A stretch of DNA of 64,000 bases from a virus: IMG/VR virus record IMGVR_UViG_3300030098_006570, positions 64,001-128,000 of that record; one strand, written 5' to 3'. The position numbers were made by a program, and so were the translations under genes. The notes beneath the pieces are model-generated. The model was not told where the DNA came from, searched no databases, and worked only from the letters and a program-made list of their open reading frames with translations. Positions 23,501-33,267 of this stretch are shown one piece after another; the first letter of the stretch is position 1, and the number at the start of each line of letters is the position of its first letter.

Positions 23501-26221
23501 AATCTGTGCCGCAATGTCCCCTAGCCGGTCGTTGATAGAGGTAATAGCATCAACAAAATCAGGATCCGCAAAGACATCACCCAGGACCTGGAAACTTGCC
23601 TGGAGCGCGCTGATATTTGGGACACCGGCACAGTTCGGGCTCCCCAGTGCCTCTTCGAGGTTGGTCGCGAATTCAGAAAAACCTGTCATCACATCCTGAA
23701 GCATATCCTCGGCCGCGCTGCCGAGATCGGCGCCCTCTTCATTCTGTGGGGTGGGTAAAAACTTATTCATTATATCTAAGGTAGCTTGGCCCTTGGTAGA
23801 GGCCCCCCCATTACTACCCGCAACCACGCCGGGCTCCAATAATGTATCGAGTACGGCCTCTGTCGAATTAATAAACTGCAGTTCAATTGCTTCTGTAGTA
23901 AAATTGAGAATCTGGGGAACACTACGTTCAATGAGAGGATTGCTGATGAACCCTTCTTTATCGGGACAATCAAAATTGATTGGGGGAAGATCTAGTTGTA
24001 GACCGTTCTCAATAAGGTCCAACAGCGAATCTATATCCTGTGCATCTATGGCATTTGCGACATCTTCTTCTGTTAGACAAATGTTGTCTTGATTTATCTC
24101 ATACGCGCCGTCAACTATCTCATCACATAATGATGTCACATCAACAATTTCCGAAAGATTGGCAAAAAAGGCCATCACCGCATTGACGGTCAACAACTGA
24201 GTATTTACATAGGGATGCGGATAGGTTCTATTATAATCAATGATACGAAGACTTAGTTCATCGCTCACCAAGTCCCGATTGGTAAACAATAGGCAAATTT
24301 CAAGAGAACTTAAAATATTGGACAAGTCTTGCAAATAAGCATACAGGTCATCTGGTGGCATGGGACGATTTAGTAGAGCAGCCGCATTTGGATTGGCGCC
24401 ATAAATATTCCCAGGAGTTTGGGGGAGAAACTCGGTGATGTCACGAGCACCATAATCATTCGCATAAGGATTATTAAAATCACAAGCCTCACTTATCAGC
24501 TTGGCCAGCTCCTTCATAATTTCCAATACAGCGTTGCGTAAACCATCCAACAACGCCTTGAGTATCTGCTTCCAAATATCTCCTGTAAGAGAGAAGGGCT
24601 TAAACATCTCTAGATCAATATCGGGCTTACTAATTTCATTTTTGGGCAATTCCGGGGGAAGATAAATACTTCCCGCTTGGTTGGTCAAAGCCCGCTGAAC
24701 CGCCTGGTTGATTCTGGCCATCTCTGGCGCTATGCCCAACGTTAAGCATCGGAAAGCTTCCTTTGCTAATTCACTTACACCAAACTGACGAAAGACCAAA
24801 TCTAGAGGAGAATTCTTTTTTACAAAACCTAGCGGACCTTGAGTTAGGAGCTGATCTAACTTTTTACTTACATTGATGCCCGCTTTGAGGACCGCAGCTT
24901 TCTGTTCTGCGAATACTTTGGCTGCTAACTCAGGATTTTCTAGTACTTTTTCTTTAAGTTCCTTGACCTGTTCCGAAGTAAGGGCAGCCTCCATTCCATC
25001 AGAAAGGGCTTGAGTATTTATGGGAATGCCTGCGTCTTTGGCGGCCTTAATAAATCCCTGATGAGCCTCTTCGGCTGCATTTTCAGTAATAGGAGTGACG
25101 AAATCAAACTGATCCCAATTATCCTCGAAGTTGAACTGACCACCTCCCAGTTGCATAAAGCTGCCGGTCCCAACAGTGTCGACAAAATCGAGAAAAGAAT
25201 AGCCGGTATTACCTACAATGCCAGGGGGCTGCTGTTGCATCCTCTGCATACCCTCCAGGACATCCTCATAGTTCTTCATGAGGCTCAGCCCTAACTTATC
25301 ATGCATAAGCGGGTTGTACTTGACATTGGTAAGATAGCCAACTGCTAATGTCTGTGTTGCCGGCGACTCTTCCTCTACAAAATACTCCATTTTCGAGATG
25401 GCAATCTTATCCTCTTTGTCTGCATAAGTACCGAAATAAATTGTCAAACTATCGGCTTCATTAAAATCTTGAACATCATTTTTAGAATTGAATTGCTTTA
25501 CTAGGACTTGCACAAAAAGGCTAAGAAATTTTTGAATATCTCTTTGGAAAAAAGTAAGGTCCAGCGCCGGAGTACTATTTGCAGGCATCGTAAGGAGTTG
25601 AAGAAAAAACCTCTGAAACCCTTGGGCGAAAACGTCTGCGGATGACAGAACATCAGTGAGAAGGAACGTTGTCTGAGAGTCGGGGGCCGTAATACCCCCG
25701 TCCTCTTGAAGGCTGTTGAAGTATTCTACTACCGGAGCCATGGGAGGAAGACCGGCAAAACCTACAAGTTCGCCCTCTTGGTTATAGATTCTTTGTTGAG
25801 AGGGCGCATAGGTCCCGTCCCCTATAGTGCGACGGACACTATCCACCGACTCGCCGCGGTTCGGGCTATAGCTTGCGACCACGTACGACCGATCGAAAGG
25901 AGGCGCTGCGCTGTGATAATAGCCGGCTACGGCTACCTGGCTTGTCAGCTGGGCGCGGAGCACTTCATAGGTGTCCTGATATTCCGGGACATCAGGAAAT
26001 ATATTCCCCAAATCTTCAGCTAGTCCGGGCCAATACTCCGGATAATAATGCATCATAAAGCGATCTATAGCTTCTTCCTTAAGAGAGGGGGCACGTGCTT
26101 GAAAATCGGCGTTATCGGTGATGCGAGTTTCAGTGTGTAAGCGCACATAATAACGTCCCTTTTCGAAAAAAGGAATGTTAGGGGTGGCGCGTCTGAATTT
26201 CTTTCCTGTGAGTTTGGCCAT
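20585..26221 (-). CDS. Large hypothetical structural protein (1878 aa)
   Basis: Long, mostly helical, acidic ORF between the spike-like and gp25-like genes; hydrophobic C-terminus. Confidence 0.6.
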   Translation of the reverse strand: MAKLTGKKFRRATPNIPFFEKGRYYVRLHTETRITDNADFQARAPSLKEEAIDRFMMHYYPEYWPGLAEDLGNIFPDVPEYQDTYEVLRAQLTSQVAVAGYYHSAAPPFDRSYVVASYSPNRGESVDSVRRTIGDGTYAPSQQRIYNQEGELVGFAGLPPMAPVVEYFNSLQEDGGITAPDSQTTFLLTDVLSSADVFAQGFQRFFLQLLTMPANSTPALDLTFFQRDIQKFLSLFVQVLVKQFNSKNDVQDFNEADSLTIYFGTYADKEDKIAISKMEYFVEEESPATQTLAVGYLTNVKYNPLMHDKLGLSLMKNYEDVLEGMQRMQQQPPGIVGNTGYSFLDFVDTVGTGSFMQLGGGQFNFEDNWDQFDFVTPITENAAEEAHQGFIKAAKDAGIPINTQALSDGMEAALTSEQVKELKEKVLENPELAAKVFAEQKAAVLKAGINVSKKLDQLLTQGPLGFVKKNSPLDLVFRQFGVSELAKEAFRCLTLGIAPEMARINQAVQRALTNQAGSIYLPPELPKNEISKPDIDLEMFKPFSLTGDIWKQILKALLDGLRNAVLEIMKELAKLISEACDFNNPYANDYGARDITEFLPQTPGNIYGANPNAAALLNRPMPPDDLYAYLQDLSNILSSLEICLLFTNRDLVSDELSLRIIDYNRTYPHPYVNTQLLTVNAVMAFFANLSEIVDVTSLCDEIVDGAYEINQDNICLTEEDVANAIDAQDIDSLLDLIENGLQLDLPPINFDCPDKEGFISNPLIERSVPQILNFTTEAIELQFINSTEAVLDTLLEPGVVAGSNGGASTKGQATLDIMNKFLPTPQNEEGADLGSAAEDMLQDVMTGFSEFATNLEEALGSPNCAGVPNISALQASFQVLGDVFADPDFVDAITSINDRLGDIAAQITSSDGPGPNNLRATYSFPSNYLSNFTNYIASAPTFNNTTERVEANHYVATSADESLNTGSLATWNPTLADPDAVIVTNIGAGALAYRDLSLTYNFSTIGRKDSLTLSYPRFNTAVAMGGGEDAENLSFAEVQISASGIGTILPPKAEFQISSSVLDVLGSHFYPVATGVDQEMGMRLQTNPYVYRFTGPVATGLQPILQDTTTLEQNLIITEEIETWLYPSLYAGLTKAMFNYIAANGVFDAAGVRALQFFKDNSNCPPQAAADLLDADGILRQVKEEFLESACFDDDIPLDDKIRYAVLLSLFLNLIQIEVAEFVIKNIFAFAAFNVNELMSDPVIAQFMTAQILGDLERRINQQPDMRRAIQEYYNRKMGRAVVASRGGILDHNEAVVFPVGTIFTDANWLELLSYLVNQRIHWGRTAMSNSVRLATPQGQFKKTYNQAFIQDILGFTSLRNPSMDLEPGHNILSRTNGSPLAYGTLALERVVVWDGITGGDAPEALELTRELGGELELSEFRNTFYGGDTSPPYIEGSHNILLPDFDFSFVNLRVKTRLVYFLPSTTNSLDTEFTSQSNNELQGQGTSADIAVESYASLLISRIGHMQDLDQSQNNLFALTEASADALIEDQASLFTYEDGRPVDTPLLYNNVGYVDTPLIRVTIADFEVENDQWDAFLPDSAFELLRDQLDDWLATGPLTIQQQNARNAEVTRIANNPVYKQIFGETFIQSFITMVPMYQNFYLTERYFEQIDQTYGATKAFIVNAFLDVLYNREEQEDPGNDRAAARAAIQNTQGPEFAATMQSMGRDFILKMLIETPIMILKGLAEMIDPHVAIWKVVRNITGTAFSEIIKVIDAAPPLAELKEQTGLEITGEQLLGVMLCLVEFGMQSGLEAAISASPPPLNNAANNEELINNILPKFTLDGVDFTGTLTGMIMLPPLPFGVLYILLELAKKAIEDDLDGEETEVSGEESLPEC

Positions 26222-26223
26222 AT

Positions 26224-27234
26224 CTAATTTGTATTGTTATATTTGCTTAGCAAATATGAACTCTTTCCTCGACGGACCGTTTCAGCGCCAGCGGGAGCTT
26301 CAATATACTTTTGCTGAAGACTGGTTAGTTTCATCATTTGTTTGTAACATTCGGTTTCGACGTTTGTTACCAAATTAATGATACGCTTAAACCCTTCCGG
26401 TAAATTTTGGAAGTCTACAGAGGTAGGGGATCCATAAAATGGACTAAAGTGCGTGTGAAACACCATCTGTATCTGGAATTGTCTATTATAATCTAAGAAG
26501 GTGAGGAAAATATCTCGCAAATCATGAATGGCGCCGAGGGTCTCTTGGAGAAACTCCACTAAGTTGTCACCCTTCACTAAAGGTTGCATGTCACGATCGT
26601 CGTTCAGGGCTATCAAATCAATACCATAGCCTGTTGTAACAGCATTATTTAGTTCTCCTCCTTGAGAATTCTGACGATCGGTACGAGTCACAAGCTTGAT
26701 ATTTTCGCGCGCGATAAAACGTAATGTATCAGCTTTGAGTGCAACTGTAGAGCGAGGATCACCGGTGCTCGTATTTCCCACTGTGCCCTCAGCCAAACCA
26801 AAATACTTGTCCACATTCGATTTCTGACTGAGATAGACGCGGGCGGAATCTAGCTTGAAATTGGGGTTTGTCTCAACCGGGCGTCCATCATCATAAAAAG
26901 CAGAGCCACGAGATCCTAAACGACCGACAACCAAATCCAGAGATGCACAGTGAGTATTGCCGCGTTGGCCATAGCCCGATAGAAGATTATGGGGTCGATC
27001 CACTCCAAAAACGATCCAGGCATTGCCGCGATTATATACTTCTTCGTCTTTAGATTCGATATAGGTGGGAGTATCGAAGTTTGGCCTACTAGTTTTCCCT
27101 AGTCCAAAAAAAGCCGCCTTGTCTTCAGGATTAGATAACGCCTCAAATTGCTGGCGCAAATACCGCGGTAGCTTGGAGGGGTCGATAGCTTTGGCGTTTT
27201 TCTGTGCTTTCAGATTAATATTAGATTTTGACAT
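26224..27234 (-). CDS. Baseplate hub/spike-like protein (gp5 C-terminal-like)
   Basis: Likely start MSKSNINLK at 27234. Beta-strand repeats (DSARVYLSQKS, VALKADTLRFIARENIKLVT), PLVKGDNL, and an HTH (HxH) spike-apex-type motif. Confidence 0.6.
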   Translation of the reverse strand: MSKSNINLKAQKNAKAIDPSKLPRYLRQQFEALSNPEDKAAFFGLGKTSRPNFDTPTYIESKDEEVYNRGNAWIVFGVDRPHNLLSGYGQRGNTHCASLDLVVGRLGSRGSAFYDDGRPVETNPNFKLDSARVYLSQKSNVDKYFGLAEGTVGNTSTGDPRSTVALKADTLRFIARENIKLVTRTDRQNSQGGELNNAVTTGYGIDLIALNDDRDMQPLVKGDNLVEFLQETLGAIHDLRDIFLTFLDYNRQFQIQMVFHTHFSPFYGSPTSVDFQNLPEGFKRIINLVTNVETECYKQMMKLTSLQQKYIEAPAGAETVRRGKSSYLLSKYNNTN

Positions 27235-27238
27235 GATA

Positions 27239-28495
27239 TTACGCCTGATAGAACAGGCTGCGCTCCCTTTCGCGGAGCCGATTGACACCCGCTAAATATT
27301 TTTCCTCGCCGCGCCGGAGATAACCCATCTGACCATATACAGTAAAGGCTTCCGCGGCTCCCTTATAATCAGGAGGAGTTTGAGCCAAGTAGGGTTTGAT
27401 AATATATTTGTTGACGTTTCCTTCACCGGCGTTGTAAACAGCCGACATCAGAGCATCAAACTGGTTCTGTGTAACTTTGACGTTATTGGCTGCCCGCAAC
27501 ATTTGAACTAACTTCTTCTCCCTTTTCTTGATATCTTGATCAAAGAGCGCCTCGGCTTCGGCCTGGGTCAACGTCGGAGCTGGCGCCCTATTGTTCTTGC
27601 CGTCGGGCGGTACTCCGCCTTTGAGCCATTCCGCGGGGATCTGGCCTGCTGCTTCAAGTTCATGACACGGCTTAAGACCCCCAACCAGGTGCCCAATACC
27701 CACCGTACAATAATTCAAAGGATCATTATAAAGCTCTAACACCACACCCTCGGCCTTCCTTTTTTTGTCTACAGCTGCCTGGGACATAGCAGTAACAAGG
27801 GGAGCATCTGCTCCCGGTACAGGAGGGGTGCCAGGCAGAGGTGTAGGACCACTTCCATCTCCCAGGGCCGAAGCGGTGGCTCCCTTGAACTGAGAAGCAA
27901 GATCAGCCTGGATCTTCCCAAAACCATCCAACAATACGAAGTCTTGGTTGCTTCCCTCTACAATCTTTGGACCAAACAGGCGATGGCGATCTTCATATTC
28001 TACATCTACGACCGCGCCGATGGGGAGAGCGAGTAGGTCGTTGCGGCCCGCAACTGTAAATATGTCAGGATAGGTCTTGATGACTGGGTCTTCTGCGTTT
28101 TTGGGAGCGGGACGAGGTTCTAGTTCGGGAATATAAACCTTATAAGCAACGCGGCCAGGGCTACGGTAAGGATCATCCCTCCCGCCGCTCGTGCGCGACT
28201 GTACGGCGCCGGCATCGGAAGTTCCCTCAAGATTGGTGGCGACATAGCCTTGCAACAAATCCATCCGATTACTGTAGCGTGGCATTGTAATAACCCGGCG
28301 ATTAACTATGATTCCCTTGAAGCGTTGGATAGTTTGTAGGGTGCTAACTCCATAGGCCCGGCTTGTGGCGGCATTCAGCGCATTCAAACTGCTGGTTCGC
28401 CGGCGATCGCCCGAGTGTGCCACATTTTTGTCTTCGAGGGGATTGAGAGTACCAAAGGGTAAATCCTCTGTAAGATTAAGTTTCCCCGACGCCAT
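27239..28495 (-). CDS. Baseplate-associated protein with C-terminal GH24 (phage) lysozyme
   Basis: Catalytic E-x8-D-x5-T triad (AEGVVLELYNDPLNYCTVGIGH), TQNQFDALMSAVYNAG, LAGVNRLRERERSLF. Confidence 0.85.
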   Translation of the reverse strand: MASGKLNLTEDLPFGTLNPLEDKNVAHSGDRRRTSSLNALNAATSRAYGVSTLQTIQRFKGIIVNRRVITMPRYSNRMDLLQGYVATNLEGTSDAGAVQSRTSGGRDDPYRSPGRVAYKVYIPELEPRPAPKNAEDPVIKTYPDIFTVAGRNDLLALPIGAVVDVEYEDRHRLFGPKIVEGSNQDFVLLDGFGKIQADLASQFKGATASALGDGSGPTPLPGTPPVPGADAPLVTAMSQAAVDKKRKAEGVVLELYNDPLNYCTVGIGHLVGGLKPCHELEAAGQIPAEWLKGGVPPDGKNNRAPAPTLTQAEAEALFDQDIKKREKKLVQMLRAANNVKVTQNQFDALMSAVYNAGEGNVNKYIIKPYLAQTPPDYKGAAEAFTVYGQMGYLRRGEEKYLAGVNRLRERERSLFYQA

Positions 28496-28793
28496 TTCCG
28501 GCCTCCTCGTTCAATAAATCAAATAATTGTTCTTTGTCATCGGCCGTCAGACCAAACTGTTGAGATTTTTGTTTTTGTACAAGCGCTGCCAATTTCACCA
28601 GTTGTTCGTTAGATCTCTGCAGATTTTCTACATACTTAGCGGCGATCGAACCCATTTCCTTACGAGCCACATCAGACATTTTCATGTCATTGATAGTATC
28701 CATCAGTAACGACTTGGCCATTGCGCGGTCTTCACGAATATTGGTTGTCGTTTCGGCTATATAGTCATCTAAGGTAAGGTTCTTTTTACTCAT
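28476..28793 (-). CDS. Hypothetical helical protein (105 aa)
   Basis: ORF coupled between the sigma factor and the lysozyme gene. Confidence 0.65.
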   Translation of the reverse strand: MSKKNLTLDDYIAETTTNIREDRAMAKSLLMDTINDMKMSDVARKEMGSIAAKYVENLQRSNEQLVKLAALVQKQKSQQFGLTADDKEQLFDLLNEEAGNGVGET

Positions 28794-28794
28794 T

Positions 28795-29517
28795 TTATAT
28801 CTCTCCGCTTTCCCACTTCTTTCGAAACGCCCTATAATGTTTGCGTAGTTTATTCAAATTATTGACTACCTGTTTGGTGTTCAGTCCTGTTATTTCACGC
28901 AGATATAAATAAATAGCTTTTTTGTTGAAAATTTCAATGGTGTCGGCCGAATCCAAAAGAATCCGAACCGCCATCAAAACCTTTCGCTCGTTTTCCTTGA
29001 GCATAATGGCATCCCAGGTGTCTATCTCTTTATAGAGAGAAAGCCAAAACTCAACATCTTCGCGAGTCTCAATATAGTTGGGTTCTTCCGAGACACACTC
29101 TTCTCCCAATTCGGAGAGCATATCTTCCAAGAAAACTTCGGTACGATTTCGTTTTTGATTGCGCTTTACTTTATGAATAAACCAGTTTTTGGTTACAACC
29201 GAAAAGTAAGAAAATGCTTTTGAGCCCTTCGAAGGGTCGTATTTTTCTAAAATAGTTGTAAGCCAGATTTTACAATCGTCGCTCAATGAGTCTATATTCG
29301 GAAGGCTTGTGAATCTATAGGTATAAATAATCTTATCTACCATTTGATTAAAGGCAGGCTGGATAAGCTCTCCATATAATTTTTCTCTAAGATCCCGGTC
29401 TGGTGTTTGGCAATATGTGATTATTGCTTCTTCATGAACTTTGGTGAAATAATGGTTCTTGGTGCGCTTTCTACGTGGCTTCGATCGGCCTGGGATTATC
29501 TTCTTCTTCGATGTCAT
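28795..29517 (-). CDS. Phage late-transcription sigma factor (T4 gp55-like)
   Basis: NHYFT...KYDPSKGSKAFSYFSVVTKNWF resembles the gp55 region-2 motif; sits at the head of the structural operon. Confidence 0.75.
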   Translation of the reverse strand: MTSKKKIIPGRSKPRRKRTKNHYFTKVHEEAIITYCQTPDRDLREKLYGELIQPAFNQMVDKIIYTYRFTSLPNIDSLSDDCKIWLTTILEKYDPSKGSKAFSYFSVVTKNWFIHKVKRNQKRNRTEVFLEDMLSELGEECVSEEPNYIETREDVEFWLSLYKEIDTWDAIMLKENERKVLMAVRILLDSADTIEIFNKKAIYLYLREITGLNTKQVVNNLNKLRKHYRAFRKKWESGEI

Positions 29518-29806
29518 TTAATTCTTCCTCTAGTTCGATGTCCAGAGTATACTCGAATACCTCTCTAAATATCTCTATTTCCTCTGTAATACTTTTCGTA
29601 CGATGCATAAGCTCCTCAATCATAGGCTCACCATGATATGAATTCATGCCATACAGTGACTTGAGGAAAACTGAATAGGATCGAAATAGAAGATAGAGAT
29701 CTGATAAGTTTTCGGAGATAAAAATGAATTTTTGTAAGACTTTGACCACATACCACAACAAGAGAAGATTGAGAACACTGGACACTGTAACTATAAAGTA
29801 AATCAT
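29471..29806 (-). CDS. Hypothetical membrane-anchored protein
   Basis: N-terminal hydrophobic helix, acidic tail. Confidence 0.6.
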   Translation of the reverse strand: MIYFIVTVSSVLNLLLLWYVVKVLQKFIFISENLSDLYLLFRSYSVFLKSLYGMNSYHGEPMIEELMHRTKSITEEIEIFREVFEYTLDIELEEELNDIEEEDNPRPIEAT

Positions 29807-30057
29807 TTCTTTTTATTTCTCAACTCATCTTTTTGTCTCGCCAGCTCTTGGCGTGAATTTTTGATGAACTCTTCCGTAATAGACCCCACTTTCTGCGGTG
29901 CGTCTACAGTGGAGTGTGCGGTAGTAATCGGAGTGAGTAGTTTTGTGAGTGCATTCTCTGCGTCACACTTGGGGCATTGAGATATCGTTTCATCAGCAAG
30001 ATGAAACAGAGTCATTTCCTGTGTGCACACAGAACAGCGATACAAGTATCGCGGCAT
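29803..30057 (-). CDS. FmdB-family zinc-ribbon protein
   Basis: MPRYLYRCSVC...CPKC. Confidence 0.8.
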   Translation of the reverse strand: MPRYLYRCSVCTQEMTLFHLADETISQCPKCDAENALTKLLTPITTAHSTVDAPQKVGSITEEFIKNSRQELARQKDELRNKKK

Positions 30058-30059
30058 CT

Positions 30060-30278
30060 CTACTCCTCGTCAGTCAAAGCATCCGTCGTTTCAGGAAGGA
30101 CAACGCCTTCGAAGTTAACAACCGGCGGGTTGGTGACAACCAGCGTAGAGTGGCTTGGGTCCTCAGGGTCATAGACAAAATCCATATTCTGTAAGACCGG
30201 CACAATATCGCTTTGTTCCATTAAAGATTTCTGGAGAGCCATCATAAGGGCTCCAAGTGCTTGATTTGATAACTTCAT
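30060..30278 (-). CDS. Hypothetical protein
   Basis: Coupled small ORF. Confidence 0.6.
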   Translation of the reverse strand: MKLSNQALGALMMALQKSLMEQSDIVPVLQNMDFVYDPEDPSHSTLVVTNPPVVNFEGVVLPETTDALTDEE

Positions 30279-30499
30279 CGCCCGCCCGCCAATCTTTCAA
30301 GCGCTACAAGACGTTCGTGGATATTACGCAAGTGCTTTTCCATATCCCGACTGTGATCACGGAATGCAGAGCGCAGCATCTCATCCACTGTCTCTTTCAC
30401 TTCTGTTCGAGTGATTGCGGGCGGATGGTTCGTATTCTGCGCAGCCCGTGGGCTCTTTTTAGTTGCGGCCGCGGTGGGCCTAGTCGTGGTTTTTCTCAT
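30275..30499 (-). CDS. Hypothetical protein
   Basis: Small ORF with AAGGA Shine-Dalgarno and an AT-rich upstream region. Confidence 0.55.
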   Translation of the reverse strand: MRKTTTRPTAAATKKSPRAAQNTNHPPAITRTEVKETVDEMLRSAFRDHSRDMEKHLRNIHERLVALERLAGGR

Positions 30500-30572
30500 T
30501 TTATTATTTTCCTTTCTATGAATAATATTTTGTTTATATTACAGTATATTATAAACTGTTCTCACACACTCA

Positions 30573-31271
30573 TTAAGTAGTGGCATGAAATTCTTTATAG
30601 AGGGCCTCCCCTACTCTAAATTGCCACTCATAGTCAATATCAAAGCTTTCCAATTCATTTATAACTACTAGTTCCAAATTGGGAGGTGCGGCAGTATCCA
30701 TCCAATAGCCCTCCCCTATAATATCTATACGACTTCCATAGAGACAATGAGCGGCCTCATAGACCGCATCAACATCCTTAGTGTCCATCCAGCTCCGTCC
30801 TTTCCAGTCAGTGAGGTGGTTTTTGTTTTGATCCCAGTAATAGGTTTTCTTTTCGGTCACGGCAAACGCTCCCTCATTCTCTGAGTGAATAAAAGACTCA
30901 ATAAAGGTATCGATGGTAGAAACCTCCAGAAGAGGATTGCAGCCGCTCACCATAATCACATATTTATATTGAGGGGGGAGTTTATCGTGCCATTCGAAAA
31001 TGGTGGCTAAGCGCTTTTCTTCTAAGGCTGACTCTTGAGACCTCTCGAAGATATTAATTTGATGACGGCGACCGATCTCTTTGATCGGTTCATCATAGGC
31101 GGAAAGAAAAATGTTTTCCCGCGGCAGAGACGTCAGTTTTTGTAGTTTACTAAAGAGAACATCGAGCAAGGTAGAACCAGCAAATGGGCGCACCATCTTG
31201 TTGGGCACACGCTTGGAAGCCAAGCGCGATTGTACCATGAGAGCGATCTCGCTTCTATCTTTCGGCATCAC
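30573..31271 (-). CDS. Acylneuraminate cytidylyltransferase (NeuA/PseF family)
   Basis: QSRLASKRVPNKMVRPFAG, CNPLL, ESFDIDYEWQF. Confidence 0.85.
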   Translation of the reverse strand: MMPKDRSEIALMVQSRLASKRVPNKMVRPFAGSTLLDVLFSKLQKLTSLPRENIFLSAYDEPIKEIGRRHQINIFERSQESALEEKRLATIFEWHDKLPPQYKYVIMVSGCNPLLEVSTIDTFIESFIHSENEGAFAVTEKKTYYWDQNKNHLTDWKGRSWMDTKDVDAVYEAAHCLYGSRIDIIGEGYWMDTAAPPNLELVVINELESFDIDYEWQFRVGEALYKEFHATT

Positions 31272-31681
31272 TGCTCTTCTCCCTCAAAAATGTAATATTG
31301 TTTGACGAACCCGCACCCCTCAAATAGACGTACGCTCGCCAGATTAGATATGTGAACAATTGCTTTGAGATCTTTCTTTTTTAGTTCTTGAGAAACATAA
31401 ATGAGCATCTGTTTTCCCAAGCCTTTGCCCCGGGAGCCCTCGACCACAGCTATAGAGATATAGCCAGATGCATTGAACCCCACATATCCCACGGGGGCCG
31501 AGTCTTCCAAACAAATATAATACTTATCACCATGCGCTTTCATATAGTTCCGATGTTCTTCGGCAGTAATCTCATGCGAATGCATAGAGTTTTCTCGTGA
31601 CACCTTATCGTTCTTAAGTTTGCGGATGAATGCCCAGTATGAAGGGTTATTTTTAACTATGTGTGCCACGCAATCCTTCAA
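31268..31681 (-). CDS. GNAT acetyltransferase (PseH-like)
   Basis: SRGKGLGK motif A, NLASVRLFEGCGF, EEHRNY. Confidence 0.8.
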   Translation of the reverse strand: MKDCVAHIVKNNPSYWAFIRKLKNDKVSRENSMHSHEITAEEHRNYMKAHGDKYYICLEDSAPVGYVGFNASGYISIAVVEGSRGKGLGKQMLIYVSQELKKKDLKAIVHISNLASVRLFEGCGFVKQYYIFEGEEQ

Positions 31682-32234
31682 TCTGATGGATGGGGGTGGC
31701 CCACCCTTTTTCTAGAAGAGGCCAGTATTTCTCCAAATCGCGTTTATAGTGAAAGGAGCCCACCGATTCATCTTGTTTGGTAGGCGCGATGGCTTGGCTG
31801 CGGATGGCGGGCCAGCTCTCTCTAAATAAGTTTTCCATCTCCACTCGCAGACGCCCATATGTTTTCTCAAGCGTGTCTTCCTCGGGCCCGAAGGTGACCT
31901 CTTTCTGGGCAAGGAGGTCGCCCGTATCGATTCCTTCATCGATGAAGTGAATGGAAACGCCCCGGGGGGTGTTGTCCAAGAAAGACCAAAAATTAGGATG
32001 ATAACCGCGATTCCACGGCAAATAGGAAATATGTAAATTAATAACGCGATCTGGGTAGTGTTCCAAAAGAGGCGCCTTCAAGATATACTTATAACCATAC
32101 GACACAATGAAATCCGGCGCCCAGGCAATTACATCGGGGGTAGCCACGCGCTGAGACGTAGCCCACACGGTGTCCTCTTCTTGGATAAAATCTATCAGCG
32201 GACTGTCCTCATACCCCAAAAATAAAATTTTCAC
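31653..32234 (-). CDS. Sugar N-formyltransferase
   Basis: INLHISYLPWNRG, GVSIHFIDEGIDTGD. Confidence 0.88.
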   Translation of the reverse strand: MKILFLGYEDSPLIDFIQEEDTVWATSQRVATPDVIAWAPDFIVSYGYKYILKAPLLEHYPDRVINLHISYLPWNRGYHPNFWSFLDNTPRGVSIHFIDEGIDTGDLLAQKEVTFGPEEDTLEKTYGRLRVEMENLFRESWPAIRSQAIAPTKQDESVGSFHYKRDLEKYWPLLEKGWATPIHQIEGLRGTHS

Positions 32235-32244
32235 TCTTTCCTCC

Positions 32245-33267
32245 CTAATCTTGTGGTGGAGTGTCCAATAGAGAATACGCTAAAATGCTATCTTCCGCGA
32301 CCTCTTCGGTTACCACTCTTCCCAGTACCTCATAAAAATCCGACGCCGGTATCGATTCCTCTAGAAAAGGGCGTTTAGTCGTGATGTTTTCGGTTGTGAG
32401 AACCTCTCCGGGAACCAAAGGCCGGGTGGCTATGATGGATCTCATTGCAGTTTTCATATTCTCTTCACTCGGCGTCAGGTTGCTGGTGCGTCGGTTCAAG
32501 CAGGTCTCTGCCGTGCGAATGTTGCTTACCATCTGCTGGAGTTCTAGAGGCTCGATCGCAAAGATATGATCGGGGCCTGGTAGCCGTTGAGAGAGGGTAT
32601 AATGCTTTTCTACACAAGAAGCACCCAGAGCCACGGCGAGAGGGGGAGCTAAGATCCCCGGTGTGTGGTCGGAAAGGCCGACGCGCACTTCCGGATAGGC
32701 TGCTCGAAGGGTAGGGATTTGTAAGAGATTAATATCTTCGAAGGGGGTAGGATAAGCATTGTTGCAATGTAAAATGGTTACATCGGGAGTGGAGTTTTCC
32801 ATAGTTACCCACTCCAGGAGATTAGCAACCGTCTCTACATTACTCCCAATGCCAGCTGATATCACCAAAGGGAGGCCAGTGCTAGCGACCATGCGTACAA
32901 AACGGGGATCGCTAGACTCAAATCCGGCAATTTTGATCCTTTTTACCCCCAGTGCAACGAGTTCATCAACCGCCCTCTCGTCAAAAGGGCTGGACATAAA
33001 TTCAATTCCCACTTCATCGCAGTACGCCTTGAGGTCCTTTTGCCACTCTCGCGGGAGTTCAATGTCTTTGATAAGCTGCGTTATATTCTTATAGTTATAG
33101 AAATCAGGCGTATGCTTAGAATAGAGGGTTTCCGCTGTATAAGTCTGAAATTTTACCGCATCGGCACCCGCCTCGACAGCTGCATCGATGAGAGCCAGGG
33201 CTTGGCCAAAATTTCGATTATGATTAGCGCCGGCTTCGGCGATAACAAAGGTACGAGTAGAAGTCAT
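32245..33267 (-). CDS. neuB: Nonulosonic acid synthase (NeuB/PseI family) with SAF domain, catalytically intact
   Basis: IAEAGANHN, KFQ, SSPFD, LHC..AYP, GLSDHT, VEKHYT, GPDH. Confidence 0.92.
   Translation of the reverse strand: MTSTRTFVIAEAGANHNRNFGQALALIDAAVEAGADAVKFQTYTAETLYSKHTPDFYNYKNITQLIKDIELPREWQKDLKAYCDEVGIEFMSSPFDERAVDELVALGVKRIKIAGFESSDPRFVRMVASTGLPLVISAGIGSNVETVANLLEWVTMENSTPDVTILHCNNAYPTPFEDINLLQIPTLRAAYPEVRVGLSDHTPGILAPPLAVALGASCVEKHYTLSQRLPGPDHIFAIEPLELQQMVSNIRTAETCLNRRTSNLTPSEENMKTAMRSIIATRPLVPGEVLTTENITTKRPFLEESIPASDFYEVLGRVVTEEVAEDSILAYSLLDTPPQD

Noticed and set aside
6961-26221. Inteins or introns in the giant ORFs
   Set aside because: No splice-junction or homing-endonuclease motifs recognised by eye; an HMM scan would be needed to exclude them.
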